A stretch of 64,000 nucleotides of DNA, taken from NCBI GenBank assembly GCA_016748015.1, contig JAAOMT010000009.1, positions 1 to 64,000 of the forward strand. Reading direction: 5' to 3'. Positions 53,373 to 64,000 of the stretch are shown here, piece after piece. The translations under genes and the position numbers were made by a program. The DNA is from Geosiphon pyriformis uo1 (taxonomy: Eukaryota > Fungi > Glomeromycota). Under the pieces are notes generated by a model, which did no database searches, was not told where the DNA came from, and saw only the letters and a list, made by a program, of their open reading frames with translations. Positions within the stretch are counted from its first letter, which is position 1; each line of letters begins with the position of its first letter.

Positions 53373-54547
53373 TTTAAAGTATAAATTTAAAATAGGATCA
53401 GTTTATAGTAATGAACGATATCATTTATTATTTTCACAAATCACTATATATACATATATACATATTTTAAGCTTTATTTTTGTAGGTTTTTCAAGATTAT
53501 TCAATTAGAATAGGGTTTACATAGTTTTTATTGAGAATAGGTAGCAAAAATTAAATTTTTTTGTATAATCGGAATTCTGTACATCTTTTATTTTGATCAC
53601 GATTATTGAGCTTTGTTGTGTTATTGCAAACAAAAAGCCTTTGTTTTTACATATAAATTCTTTATTTTGGATTTCTACGAGGGTTTTAGCTAGCCATATG
53701 GCAGAAAAATATACTTTATTGGGAAGCAATTACTCGAACTTTTGCATATAGATTTTATTCATATTGGGCTTTATTTCTCATTTTAAATTACATACATCAA
53801 CTAATCTGGTTAGTAAAAATCAGAGTTGTAGGTAATACCAGTTAATTTATAAGTATTAATTCTCGGTCGCTGAAATTTTGTGTGGTTTTAGAATAATATT
53901 AAAAAGGGTCATTTTTGCTTTAAATATTCTAATGCATTTTATTTTGTAATGGCTATGAATTTAAAAGCTTTTTCTATATATATTATTATTTAAAGTTTTT
54001 TGAACTATATGAACAAAAAGTTTGAGTCACATTTAACATTAGTTATTACTAGTAATTCAGTTTTCTTATTGGAATGGCCATTTTTTATAAAGAATTCTTC
54101 ATAAAAAATTTATTGTCTTCACTTTAGATCATTTTATCTGTGATAAATTTTTATGTTTCACAAGTATTGAAAGAAAATTTTGTAACTATTTTTATTTTTT
54201 TTCATTTATTTTTTAACCAATTTTTGAAAGAAAACGAATACTATTTCTTTTTATTCAAATTTTTTTTTCAAAGCTAAATAAGTCAATGATAGTTTTTAAT
54301 CTTTTTTTTTGATTGAATATGAAAAACAAGATGGTATATATGTTTCACATTTTTCATGATAAAAAATTGTAAAGTTTATATAATAATATTAAATATTGAG
54401 AATACAAGTTACAGGATATAATTCGATAAAATATATTTAGATTTATCTCAAAAAATATATACATATATATATATTCTAGGAAATTTTTTAAATCATAATG
54501 ACCTCAAAAATTGTGAGTTATACTTTCGGGAAAAAAATTAATGGGAT

Positions 54548-54577
54548 CACACACACAAACACACACACACACACACA
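54548..54577. repeat. (CA)n microsatellite
   Basis: Directly visible, with one interruption. Confidence 0.9.
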
Positions 54578-56308
54578 TGGAATACCATGTCACAGGATTT
54601 TTTTACAATTTCTTTTTGGAAATTAAAAGGAAGTAAACATTCTAAAAGCGTGTGAATATATAATAATTTTTCCAATGTGAATTAACTTTTTTGCTTTTTC
54701 ACTTTTCCCATCTAAACTGAAAAATTTTTTTGTTTTTAATAATATTTTGTCTTATCTACAAAACAAAATAGGTATTGAAGATTTTTTTTGGAAATGCATA
54801 GATAAAATATTTAGTATGCATAAGAATTTGATCACAAGACTGCAACACAAGATATTTTGTTGTTGTTGTTATTATTGTTGTTGTTGTTTTTTTCGGTTAT
54901 TACCCTATTTTGGTAAAAAGAAAAATTTTCCAGAAACTCTCCTTTTGATTGACCTGTTCATATTTTTTCATAATTTTGCCAAAAAAAATAATAATAATAA
55001 TAATAATTTTGCTTATTTTAATTTCCTCAAAATAGAAATTTTTGTTATAAAATTTTGCTTTTTTAAAATATTTTATTATTTTAATCGATTTAAATAGTAT
55101 ATATATTTTTATCTAAAAAAGTTTTATCCTTGGGTAAACTTTAAAATATTAAAATATATTTAGATAATTAATTTTTTCTTTCAAGTTTCATATATCTATA
55201 AACACACGAAACCATCAACTTATTTTTAAAGAAAATTTTTTTTAATGTTAACAGCAAACAATAAAAAATCCTAAAAATGATTTATATTGTAACTTTTCCT
55301 TTATGAAAATTTTTCTATGCTTTAAAAACAAATTATTCAGCATTTGAAGCTCCCAATTTTTTTTTTTTTTTTTTTTTACAAAACAAAAAATATAGTTTTG
55401 ATTGAAAATCTAAAAAAAAAAACTAATCTTTCAAATTGCTGATTAAATTTATCATATAATAAGGTTTGAATGGGTGTAGTAATTCACATTTTGAAAAAAA
55501 AGTTTATAATTGATAATCCTAAAATGTATGTTGATTTAAGCTGCAGCTTAGCTATCAAACTCTATCACATGGAACCATCCCTGAAGAAAGACCCCGAATT
55601 TAAACCTAAACATTATTATAAATTTATTGGTATACCTCTGATCCTTTATCCTTGACGAATTTATTCATTCTCTAAAAAGAAAGATTTTGGGTAAAGCATT
55701 TTGATACAATTTTTTGAAACATTCAAAATCCGTACAACTTTAACCATCTTTATTTCCTTTTTTTCAGTTTCGAAATAATCTTTGAAAATGTTCGTTTGTT
55801 ACCCTGTTATGGAAAAATCTCTTTTGGATTTCTCAAATCTGGAGTTGACCTTTCTCAAAATTGTTATATGATAAGCCGAGACCTAAAATTGGGTGAAGAA
55901 TTTACCGGATATAGCTTCGACTAGATTTCAATGTTTCGTTAAATGCTTTCTTTTGAACTGAATTTGATAAGCTATTTTTAACGCTCGATTCAAAAAAAAC
56001 AATTAAACCTAAATAAACACTCTTAAAAACTTCATTATATCTGAAAATTATGGTTTGTATCGCTTAATAATGGTTTTCTTTTTTTTATTGGTAAACTTTT
56101 TGAAATTTCAAAAATACTAGTTGAACTACACAAATAATCATTGACTTTGCTCTACTTATTTGCAATGAAAAAAAAATCCATTCACATCCTCTCTATATTT
56201 TTCACTTGTCAATTATTATTTCTCTTACAATTAAATTACCTTAAAAAATTTTTCTAAAATTGTTTGATCAAAAACTATAATTTCTGATCAGCCTAAACAT
56301 GTCCTGAC

Positions 56309-56854
56309 CTAAAGAAACATCATGAATCCAACATTGAGAACAAAAAATGAAATCCCAAGGTATATTGTCGTTGCTGGAAATTTCCAATTGTAAGCGTTGC
56401 TATTTTGTGGTTTGGTTTTTGTCATGATTTTCTTATTATCTTGAAATGTTTCAGAGTCACTTATAGTTCGAATATCGATTAAATTCTCAACGTCAACTTT
56501 GTTTTTTTCTTCACATTTTTCTGTATTAGGAGGCTTTTGTAAATTATTCGCTTTAGTTGATATATTAATTTCTGATCCCCTGATTTTGTATTTTAAGAAG
56601 ATTAAATTCGTTATTTAAGATGATTGCTTTAAAGAAAAACTTTGCCTTTTAATTTTTTTTACGTACATAATGTAATTTCTGCTCTCAATCCTTAATGTCT
56701 TTTTCTTTTTTGCTTCGCATATGACCTGGTTTGATCTTGGAGATATTGTCTCGGAAACCGAATCTTTGCTGAAAATTATGGTCGTACTATTCGCTATGAT
56801 AGCACAGGCAAATAAGAGAGAAAATATGAAATATATATTGTTGAAATCTTTCAT
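56309..56854 (-). CDS. Small secreted, probably GPI-anchored protein (~152 aa), 2 exons
   Basis: Exons 56854-56667 (GTACGT donor) and 56579-56309, in frame. N-terminal signal peptide; C-terminal NSNA, spacer and hydrophobic tail (TIYLGISFFVLNVGFMMFL). Confidence 0.7.
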
Positions 56855-57493
56855 TATTTTTTAATGCTTTTCAACAAATTTTGAAGTATAGAAACTTGAC
56901 TAATGGTTTACTACACAATTCAAGGTTTTGGATTTCAATTTAGAGCCTCCTTTATTTATATACCTTCTATTTACAATAGCAGATTGAAGATTGCTTCTCC
57001 TAATTTGATGGTCGACAGATTCCCAATCACCTCTGTCAATTATAGAAAGAAAGAGAAGCAATTGCTACCTGTGGCACACTACTGTGGCGTTATTCAGGGT
57101 AAAATATATTGTTTGAAACGGAAAATATAATCAAATCAAATTTAAAAAAAAAAACTAAAACTAAAAAGATAACCCAATGATTGTGCGGGCAATCTAATAA
57201 AGTTTGATTTCTGTGATATACCATTTAAAAAAATGAATGCCAAGCTACCACTTGATATCCTATTGACAATCAAACCTCTATATGATAAATGAACATGGAA
57301 CAACTTAAAACCTTTCTTGGCCCAAGTTATATTTAGAGCTGGAAAAAATTTTCCATCATTCTGATAGCATCAAAGTTCCTTTCCTCTTTGGGAAGAGGAA
57401 GTTTTTTCTAAGAATACTTGAAAACAAATCCTTTTTGAAAAACAACAAATTAAGGTAAACTAGGTTTTAGTTGAGTGACTAAACATCCATTTT

Positions 57494-57736
57494 TTATTTA
57501 TGAAATAAGTCTGCCGTCTTCCGACCAATCTCCATAAAAAACCCCCCTACAGCCGCCATCAAAAACATGACCCCATTTCGACAACCGCATCCCGTTAGAG
57601 AAGGTGTAGAAGATTCCCCTTCTGGGGCTGTATAAGGCTGTTGGGTTGGATGGTCGGTGCCAACGTTTCTTTTTTTCAATCCTTCATGACTGCTACCTTC
57701 AGTTGATTTCTGAGCTTCAGGAATAATGTTGGTCAT
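57494..57736 (-). CDS. Small hypothetical protein (80 aa) with a C-terminal hydrophobic/amphipathic segment
   Basis: ATG-started ORF with raised GC; TATA-like TATAAAAA about 70 nt upstream on the minus strand. Confidence 0.55.
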   Translation of the reverse strand: MTNIIPEAQKSTEGSSHEGLKKRNVGTDHPTQQPYTAPEGESSTPSLTGCGCRNGVMFLMAAVGGFFMEIGRKTADLFHK

Positions 57737-58870
57737 AATGAGATTTCCGGGTTCATAAATAAGGATGAAAGTTTTTAAAATATACAGAAGTGGTAAGATC
57801 GCTCTTTTTATAACAATTGCCTGATTTACAGTGCAGAATGTCGCATGCGTCAGAAATCATCATGATTTTCAAAAATGGTAAAAAGCAGTTTAGATGATCA
57901 TGATTATTGCACAAAAGACCCGATAAGATTTAGAGGAGAAAAAAATTCCTTGTTTATTTAAAGTAAAAACAAAGATGGTCATTTTGTCAAAAAGGAATAG
58001 AGTGCCAAACTCACAAAATGATAAATATAGATATCGATAACACAATCCAAGAAATTTCATATCGATCCAATATCTACTCTTTTAACCCTTATTTGTTGTC
58101 GTTTCAATTCGGATTAGGATTTTTTACATGGCTTTCCTCTAACTTATCGGACGCAAATCATATGACATTCGTCCTTAGAGTTTTTTATTTAAATAAAATG
58201 AAAGAGATTCGTCACGTTTTTTGATTTTATGATAAAACGTTAGGTCCTTAAAGTTACTTTGAAATGATCCAAGACCTCTCTAATCAAAGTTTTCATGATA
58301 TTTGATTTCAAAAGAGTAGCAGCTATAAGTCAAGATAAATTTTCAAACTTAATATTTAGCTATTGGGTTTTGTGAAATCAATTCGGCTAGTTCCTATTTT
58401 TTAAAGAATAAATTGCATGTCAAGTATAATTATCTCATCTCATCTTTCAATTGAACGAAAATATACAAAGTTTGGGTCAAGATAATGTCAATTCCTTACA
58501 AGCTTCACCCCACAAGTCAAATGCTCACTTCACGATTTTTAACCCTCAATAATTTTTCCTCGCTTTTTAATCGAAAAATTAACTGATCGGCACGATTAGT
58601 TAAATATCAAACTTGTGACTGGAGATGCATTAGCTGAAACGCTGCATGAATAAAGGGAATTGATTAATATGCTCCAGTGATAGATTGAACAAAAAAAGCA
58701 GATTATTCAAATGCGCAAAGAAAAAATAAAATATTTAATCAATTCCATTCTTGCCAAATCTTTAAAATACAATCTCTAAATTGAGATTTATATTCAGAAA
58801 TAATTGAAATACCAACGCGTTTCATACCTGAGTCCCTTTTCTAATAGGCAGAAAAGCTTTTTTTTGTACG

Positions 58871-59878
58871 ATGACTCTTTTTCTAATTTCTGTCTTTACT
58901 TTGGTTCTCGTCTCAAGCCTCGCGAATCTCGAGGTTACGGCTATGGTAATAAGGTCATGCAATAATTTTCCCACATTCTCAAGACCGTGCCATCTGCCAT
59001 GCTCAGGTCCAACCATCTCACACCAACCTTCTAGCATATCATGTGGTATTCCACTCAATTCCTTCCCAGTTGGTAGCCCTTGTAGCTCTCTATCATTTGC
59101 AAATCCATGCTGTGGCCAATGTAACGCCTTTCCCTGTAGGCTTTCTTGTGGAAGTCTATGTTCTTTTATGCCATTAGGTATGAGATTTCCATATAACCAT
59201 CTCCAAATGCCTTGCTTTGGAAAACAACAATGTGGGCAAGTTTGTCAGAATGGTAACATTCAAGCCGAAACGTGTGGCAGCAACGCTATTCAATATTACA
59301 ACGATATGAATAATCAATGCAATTCTGGCCAAAGTGGAACAACTTGCTTCGCTCGTCGTTCACCACTTTTCATGAATCAATGCAACGAATGCCAAAAAAA
59401 TGACTGTTTTGCCAACACTGCAAATACTGCTCTTGATGAATGCTGTAATAAACAAGATCAAGTTCAACAATGTAACACCTGCGAATGCACCTACGACAAC
59501 ATTGGTAATCCAGGTGCCTCTTGTGGATTGCCAGTCTTTATGCCACCCTGTGGTTGTGCTCCAATGACTCCAAGTGTAGAGAGCAAAAAATGTTGTGAAT
59601 CTAATAATTATGAAGCTGCTCATTGTGATAATGATGCTTGCCAGTTTTGTTCGGACGAATCTAACGAGGCTCAGTGCGGAAAACAACAACAAGGCTCGTT
59701 TAATATAATCACCCGAAGAAAGCGCTCCCCTTTGGTGATCTCGAATTGTGCTGAGTGTCAAAACGAATACGCCCAATCTGGATCTAATAATCAGGCCTAT
59801 TCTAAATGCGACGATTGCCAGAATCAAGTCTCTTGTTGTGAGGATCACCAAGAAGAGTATACTAAAATTCAGAAATGA
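58871..59878 (+). CDS. Secreted cysteine-rich repeat protein with dibasic (Kex2-like) sites
   Basis: Signal peptide; 40 Cys in 335 aa (manual count); N/Q-rich internal repeats; RR|SPL and RRKR|SPL sites. Confidence 0.85.
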   Translation: MTLFLISVFTLVLVSSLANLEVTAMVIRSCNNFPTFSRPCHLPCSGPTISHQPSSISCGIPLNSFPVGSPCSSLSFANPCCGQCNAFPCRLSCGSLCSFMPLGMRFPYNHLQMPCFGKQQCGQVCQNGNIQAETCGSNAIQYYNDMNNQCNSGQSGTTCFARRSPLFMNQCNECQKNDCFANTANTALDECCNKQDQVQQCNTCECTYDNIGNPGASCGLPVFMPPCGCAPMTPSVESKKCCESNNYEAAHCDNDACQFCSDESNEAQCGKQQQGSFNIITRRKRSPLVISNCAECQNEYAQSGSNNQAYSKCDDCQNQVSCCEDHQEEYTKIQK

Positions 59879-60029
59879 AGTAAAAGAGTTCAAAGTTCTA
59901 AATATGGTTGGAGAATTGAGAATTGATAAAATTATAGAATTCGTCAATAATTTATTTTAAAGTGGGATATGAGAATATTGTTACCTTTGTAAATTCGTTT
60001 GCTTTTGTTTTATTTTTATTTTGGAATAT

Positions 60030-61135
60030 TCACTTCAAGTCCATTTTCTATGATTTGAATCCAAACTCAAACCTTGGTCAGCTTTGGTGTTCGGAAAAGG
60101 ATCTCCTTCACTGGCGTTTGTGAGCTGTATGAAATAATGTTGCGGTTTTTAAATCGAAATTTCTTTTGTGTCAAATTGGGATGGCAAGATTGATGTCATC
60201 CATTTCTGAAACCTATATCATTTTTGGAAATATCTCTTTTATGCAATCTTCTGCAATGACCTTGATATGCTTTAGGCATTTTTGACTAGCTATCGTCATT
60301 CATAGATCGATGAGCCAAAGGATTCATTAATATATAGGCTATATGCACTCATTTCAAATTGTCAATCAATTAAACCATCATGTAGATCGCTTTTCATTTA
60401 GAAATTTCTATTATCAATAAACATCGGTTATCATCCATGTTATCCGGTTTTGTCAAGAAAAAATTCCTCAAAGTCAAATCTCCCAAGTGGCAAAGAGTTC
60501 TAGGGTTTTCACATAACAGTTCCTCAGAGCTTGCGTACCCCGAAAAGCAGCCATTTGATGCAATGCTAAGAGATTTTCATATGTCGTAAAAATTCGTACA
60601 CAAATTTATTCTTGATGTTGCACGGATCCCCATAATTTTTAGGATATCTTAGATTGACCAATTTGGAAAATCTGCGATAAAATTAAAAAATTTGACACAC
60701 CCTTCGCGTGGAATCAAAAAATCATATCTTACGATTTTCAAAAATTGGCAAAGAAGATACCTTGCTCATCTTTACTTGATAATCGAAAGGGGAGAAGGTG
60801 CAAATAATCTCACTTCTAACCCAAAAATGTCGCGACGGCTTGAACAGGTTTCTTGACTTCATCAGCTTGACCTCTCTTCCTCTAAAGTTTATTCTTGGGC
60901 TGGGTATAGATCCCTGTTTATCGAATAATTGGAATTATTCTTATCGAAACGTTATTTAAATGCGGAATTACCTAATTTTATCTTTGAGAATTCTTTTTAA
61001 GAAGTTTGAATATATTTTGGAAATATAAAAGTGTAAAAAAAAAATTTTAGATGTCGATCTTGAAAAAGACTTATCTCGATATTACGCAGGGTTTTGCATC
61101 AAAAGGAAGATTAATAATTTTTTGTGATGCATATG
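60030..61135 (-). pseudogene. Possible decayed F-box/LRR-type gene
   Basis: Coding-like composition with broken frames (IINLPFDA; FSKLVNL; LCHLGDLTLRNF) and a plausible intron at ~60674-60730. Family assignment is weak. Confidence 0.3.
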
Positions 61136-61911
61136 GAGCTTAATTGCCTTTAACCTGTTTAACTTTTCTCGAACCTTAAAAACAAAAAATTAGAAGAAAT
61201 TACCAAATTTGTGAATTGGTTCGAAAAAAAATTCTCCATTGTTTTCCGTGAATTATTGAAGCGCAAGGCTAGACAGCATCAGATTCCGCCCACATTATCG
61301 GCAATTATTATTTAATGCCGATTTTCTAACATTCTTATCATGGTTCAATTTGAAATTCCCAATTTCCCGGGGCATGGAATTAGTCATTATTTCAAATTTT
61401 CAGCTACAAGCTTATTATATTTTCCTATTCAATTTAGGATATTGACTCATCATTTACAAATTTGGCAATTACTTTAAGAACTTTGAATTTGAACTATAAC
61501 AATCATTTTATTGGATTTGGGAATTTAACAATTTCAGGGAATATCTTTATTTTGAAAATAAAGTTGTTTTCACAATTAAACCTTGTGGCTAAAATTTTAA
61601 ATATGGTCTCACAAATTTTTCTGAATTTCAAAAAACACAAAGTTTCTTAATCAAAATTCAATATAAATAGGGGAGTTTTAGCAATGCTAACACCGCAGAG
61701 CTCGACAAATGCCACTTTTACATACTGATAGCCTTTCTTTACAGATACCTTTTAGAAAAGAAAGCATATCATCTTTCATCTCACTAAGCATTCAAGACAT
61801 CTTCCAAAAAGGCAATTCCGGCAAATTGACCTAATTCACCCATCCTAAAAATAAGCTGTTGAGTTCTCAAATTCCCGATTTTTAAATTTCCTTTAGAGCG
61901 AAAATTTTAAA

Positions 61912-62862
61912 ATGGCGAATCCTATCGAAAACTCTACCAATCATCTCAATTCAACCCCTATAATAATTAAGCCGAAATTTCCTCCAGCAATTAGCCCTGA
62001 GGAATTGTTAGCAAATGCCATTAAAAAGATTAACCAGGGACGAAAACCTTCAAAGATTCCGAATGCCTTTATGGTTTACAGATTAGTACTTCAGAAGGAA
62101 TATGCTCATTTCAATAATATCCCTGATATGTGTGCTCTATCTGCTGTGGCATCAAAACTTTGGAAGAGGGAGCCTGAATACGTCAAGGCAAAATACGAAG
62201 AAATTGTGCTTGGTGCCAAAAAACTTTTAGATAAAATTGTCAATGCTCCACGTCCATTTGAAATTTTACAAGAGGATCCATCGGCAGTTTCATCCATTAA
62301 TCCGGTGGAAGAAGATAACTTCCGAAACTATCTTGTAAACTGGAAGGCTACCAAAGTCCAAAAAAATGATTCCCTGATCGATGGGCGAAAAAGGCCTTTA
62401 GAAGATTTGGAATCTCTTCCTCAAAAACCAAGCACTAAACAAATTGGTACTCAAACAGAACCTGTCACGTTTTCAGTCTCCTCACCATATTTCAGCTTGA
62501 TTGGCCAGGAGATTTCATCATCTGATAATCAAGTTCAAACACGCGATCGGTTTGTACCTGATCAACAGTTTGAATTCCCCTGCCAAGAGGCTTCATCTTT
62601 ACAGCATCACATAGAATCAGGGTATATTAACATATCAACAGAATCTTCATTCGAAACTGTACCTTCGGCTATGGCAATTGACCTTGATTATCGTTTGGCG
62701 GCACTTGAACGCCCTATAGAAGGGATGATTGGACAGCCAGGAAGTACCATCCTTCCTGGACAAATGGCTGATGGCACTTTTGATAGTCAGTATTACACCT
62801 TAGAACAAAGGCTGGCTCGTCTTGAACGGCTTTTTTCCCTTTTTTTTGTGGAGCAAAATTAA
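61912..62862 (+). CDS. MATA-type HMG-box transcription factor, paralogue of 13232-14071
   Basis: KPKFPPAISPEELL.NA.KK, then KIPNAFMVYR...SAVASKLWKREPEYVKAKYEEI. C-terminal L..R...LE repeats are shared with the 13232 gene. Confidence 0.9.
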   Translation: MANPIENSTNHLNSTPIIIKPKFPPAISPEELLANAIKKINQGRKPSKIPNAFMVYRLVLQKEYAHFNNIPDMCALSAVASKLWKREPEYVKAKYEEIVLGAKKLLDKIVNAPRPFEILQEDPSAVSSINPVEEDNFRNYLVNWKATKVQKNDSLIDGRKRPLEDLESLPQKPSTKQIGTQTEPVTFSVSSPYFSLIGQEISSSDNQVQTRDRFVPDQQFEFPCQEASSLQHHIESGYINISTESSFETVPSAMAIDLDYRLAALERPIEGMIGQPGSTILPGQMADGTFDSQYYTLEQRLARLERLFSLFFVEQN

Positions 62863-64000
62863 TAATTTGATCACGGTAAGCAAAGATCATTGATAGAATA
62901 CATTCTTCCCTAGTTTCAAAAAAATATATGTCACTATGATTTAGGAATTTAAATATGCTTTAATCAATTAAAGTTTTTGTTCAAATATTTCAAATACAAG
63001 CTTTTCTCGAATATTTTTAATAAATCATTTAAGATTATGAAAAAAAATAAAAATTCTTGATTACTTACAATGAAAAAAGGAAGGCTAAACCAAATTATTT
63101 TTTGTGCTTGGCAAATTTTTGCACAAAAAAATCTGACCAATAAAAAAAAATTACTATAAGTAACTCTATGTTGCTCAAATATGCTGGCTAAAGAAGACAA
63201 TAACTGAAAGATGATACATTGTACAATAAATTTCATGCTTAAAGTCTTTAATAAAGCGAATCATCCTTACTCGTTCGGGCCTTATTTTTTTCCCGTTGAA
63301 AATTTGATTGAAATAAAAATAGAAGTTTACAAACTAGGAATAATTCTCGTTGACCAAACTTTTCTTGGCCACATGTCTTTGTATATTTAAATTAAAAAAA
63401 TGAGCTTTGATGTTTGTAATTTTTAATAAAAAAGACCCCTAATCAAAAATTTGGTCACTCTGCAGTTATAAATTTTTATTGGTTCCTTGTAAATTTTCAG
63501 AACTTTGATAATGAATTAGCAATTCAACTTAAAAAGACACAAAAACATGAAATTCTGATTTACATTTAAAATTTTTTAATTTCTCAAGAGTTTAGAATTT
63601 TTTCATTTTTTCCTTATGATTGAAAAATTTTCCAGAGAAAGAGCCTTACCAAAATTTCTTCTTTCAAAAAATGGTTTCATAGAAATCAATGACAAAATAT
63701 TCCAAGATTTTTTACCCTATTTTTTCATTTTTAGGGGAATTATCATTACTCTTTTTCAGCGGATTCCTGTTAATCATTTGTTTTCATTAGAGTCGTGCAA
63801 AAACTAACGCACGGACTGCGACCCGTTTCACCGAAAAAAGACCTAAAATTAGCCCTTGTTTAGGTTTTGAATGAATTATCTATCCTGGAACTCTTGAAAA
63901 TGTTGGTTACAAAGTCATTTTTGATTTCAAACTCTTTGGAATTAACATTAATTTAATTTGATAAAAAAATAAAATATTTTGTTATTCACTTGAAATATAT

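Noticed and set aside
59360-59947. 195-aa antisense ORF (and 58822-59058)
   Set aside because: Shadows of the Cys-rich gene on the opposite strand, with no independent features.

Overview
Eukaryotic, very AT-rich, intron-containing fungal DNA. The gene content (three MATA-type HMG-box genes, a SEL1-repeat gene, a TKL-type kinase-like gene, and LINE ORF1 of a type I recall from Geosiphon) points to Glomeromycota; this is an inference. Intact host genes: a 5-exon paraoxonase/arylesterase-like gene, three HMG-box genes, two oppositely oriented paralogues with a tyrosine-recombinase-like core-binding domain plus a C-x2-H-x3-C...H module, a Hook-like CH/coiled-coil gene, a SEL1 gene, a GH16 Crh/Utr2-like gene, a probable pseudokinase, an SMP/LEA peptide, a pirin, a small GPI-type protein and a Cys-rich secreted precursor with dibasic sites. 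Between them lie transposon relics with heavy C>T/G>A mutation: two LINEs, a probable Ty3/gypsy, several Tc1/mariner copies and a Helitron-like 3' end. The main finding is absent from the ORF track: a ~790-bp internally deleted Fanzor2/IS607-TnpB-like element at 24245-25036 (- strand). It keeps N- and C-terminal protein motifs, a foldable omegaRNA-like 3' scaffold and CCG at both ends. A 774-nt assembly gap lies at 35562-36335. All family assignments come from manual translation and motif recognition, not database searches.
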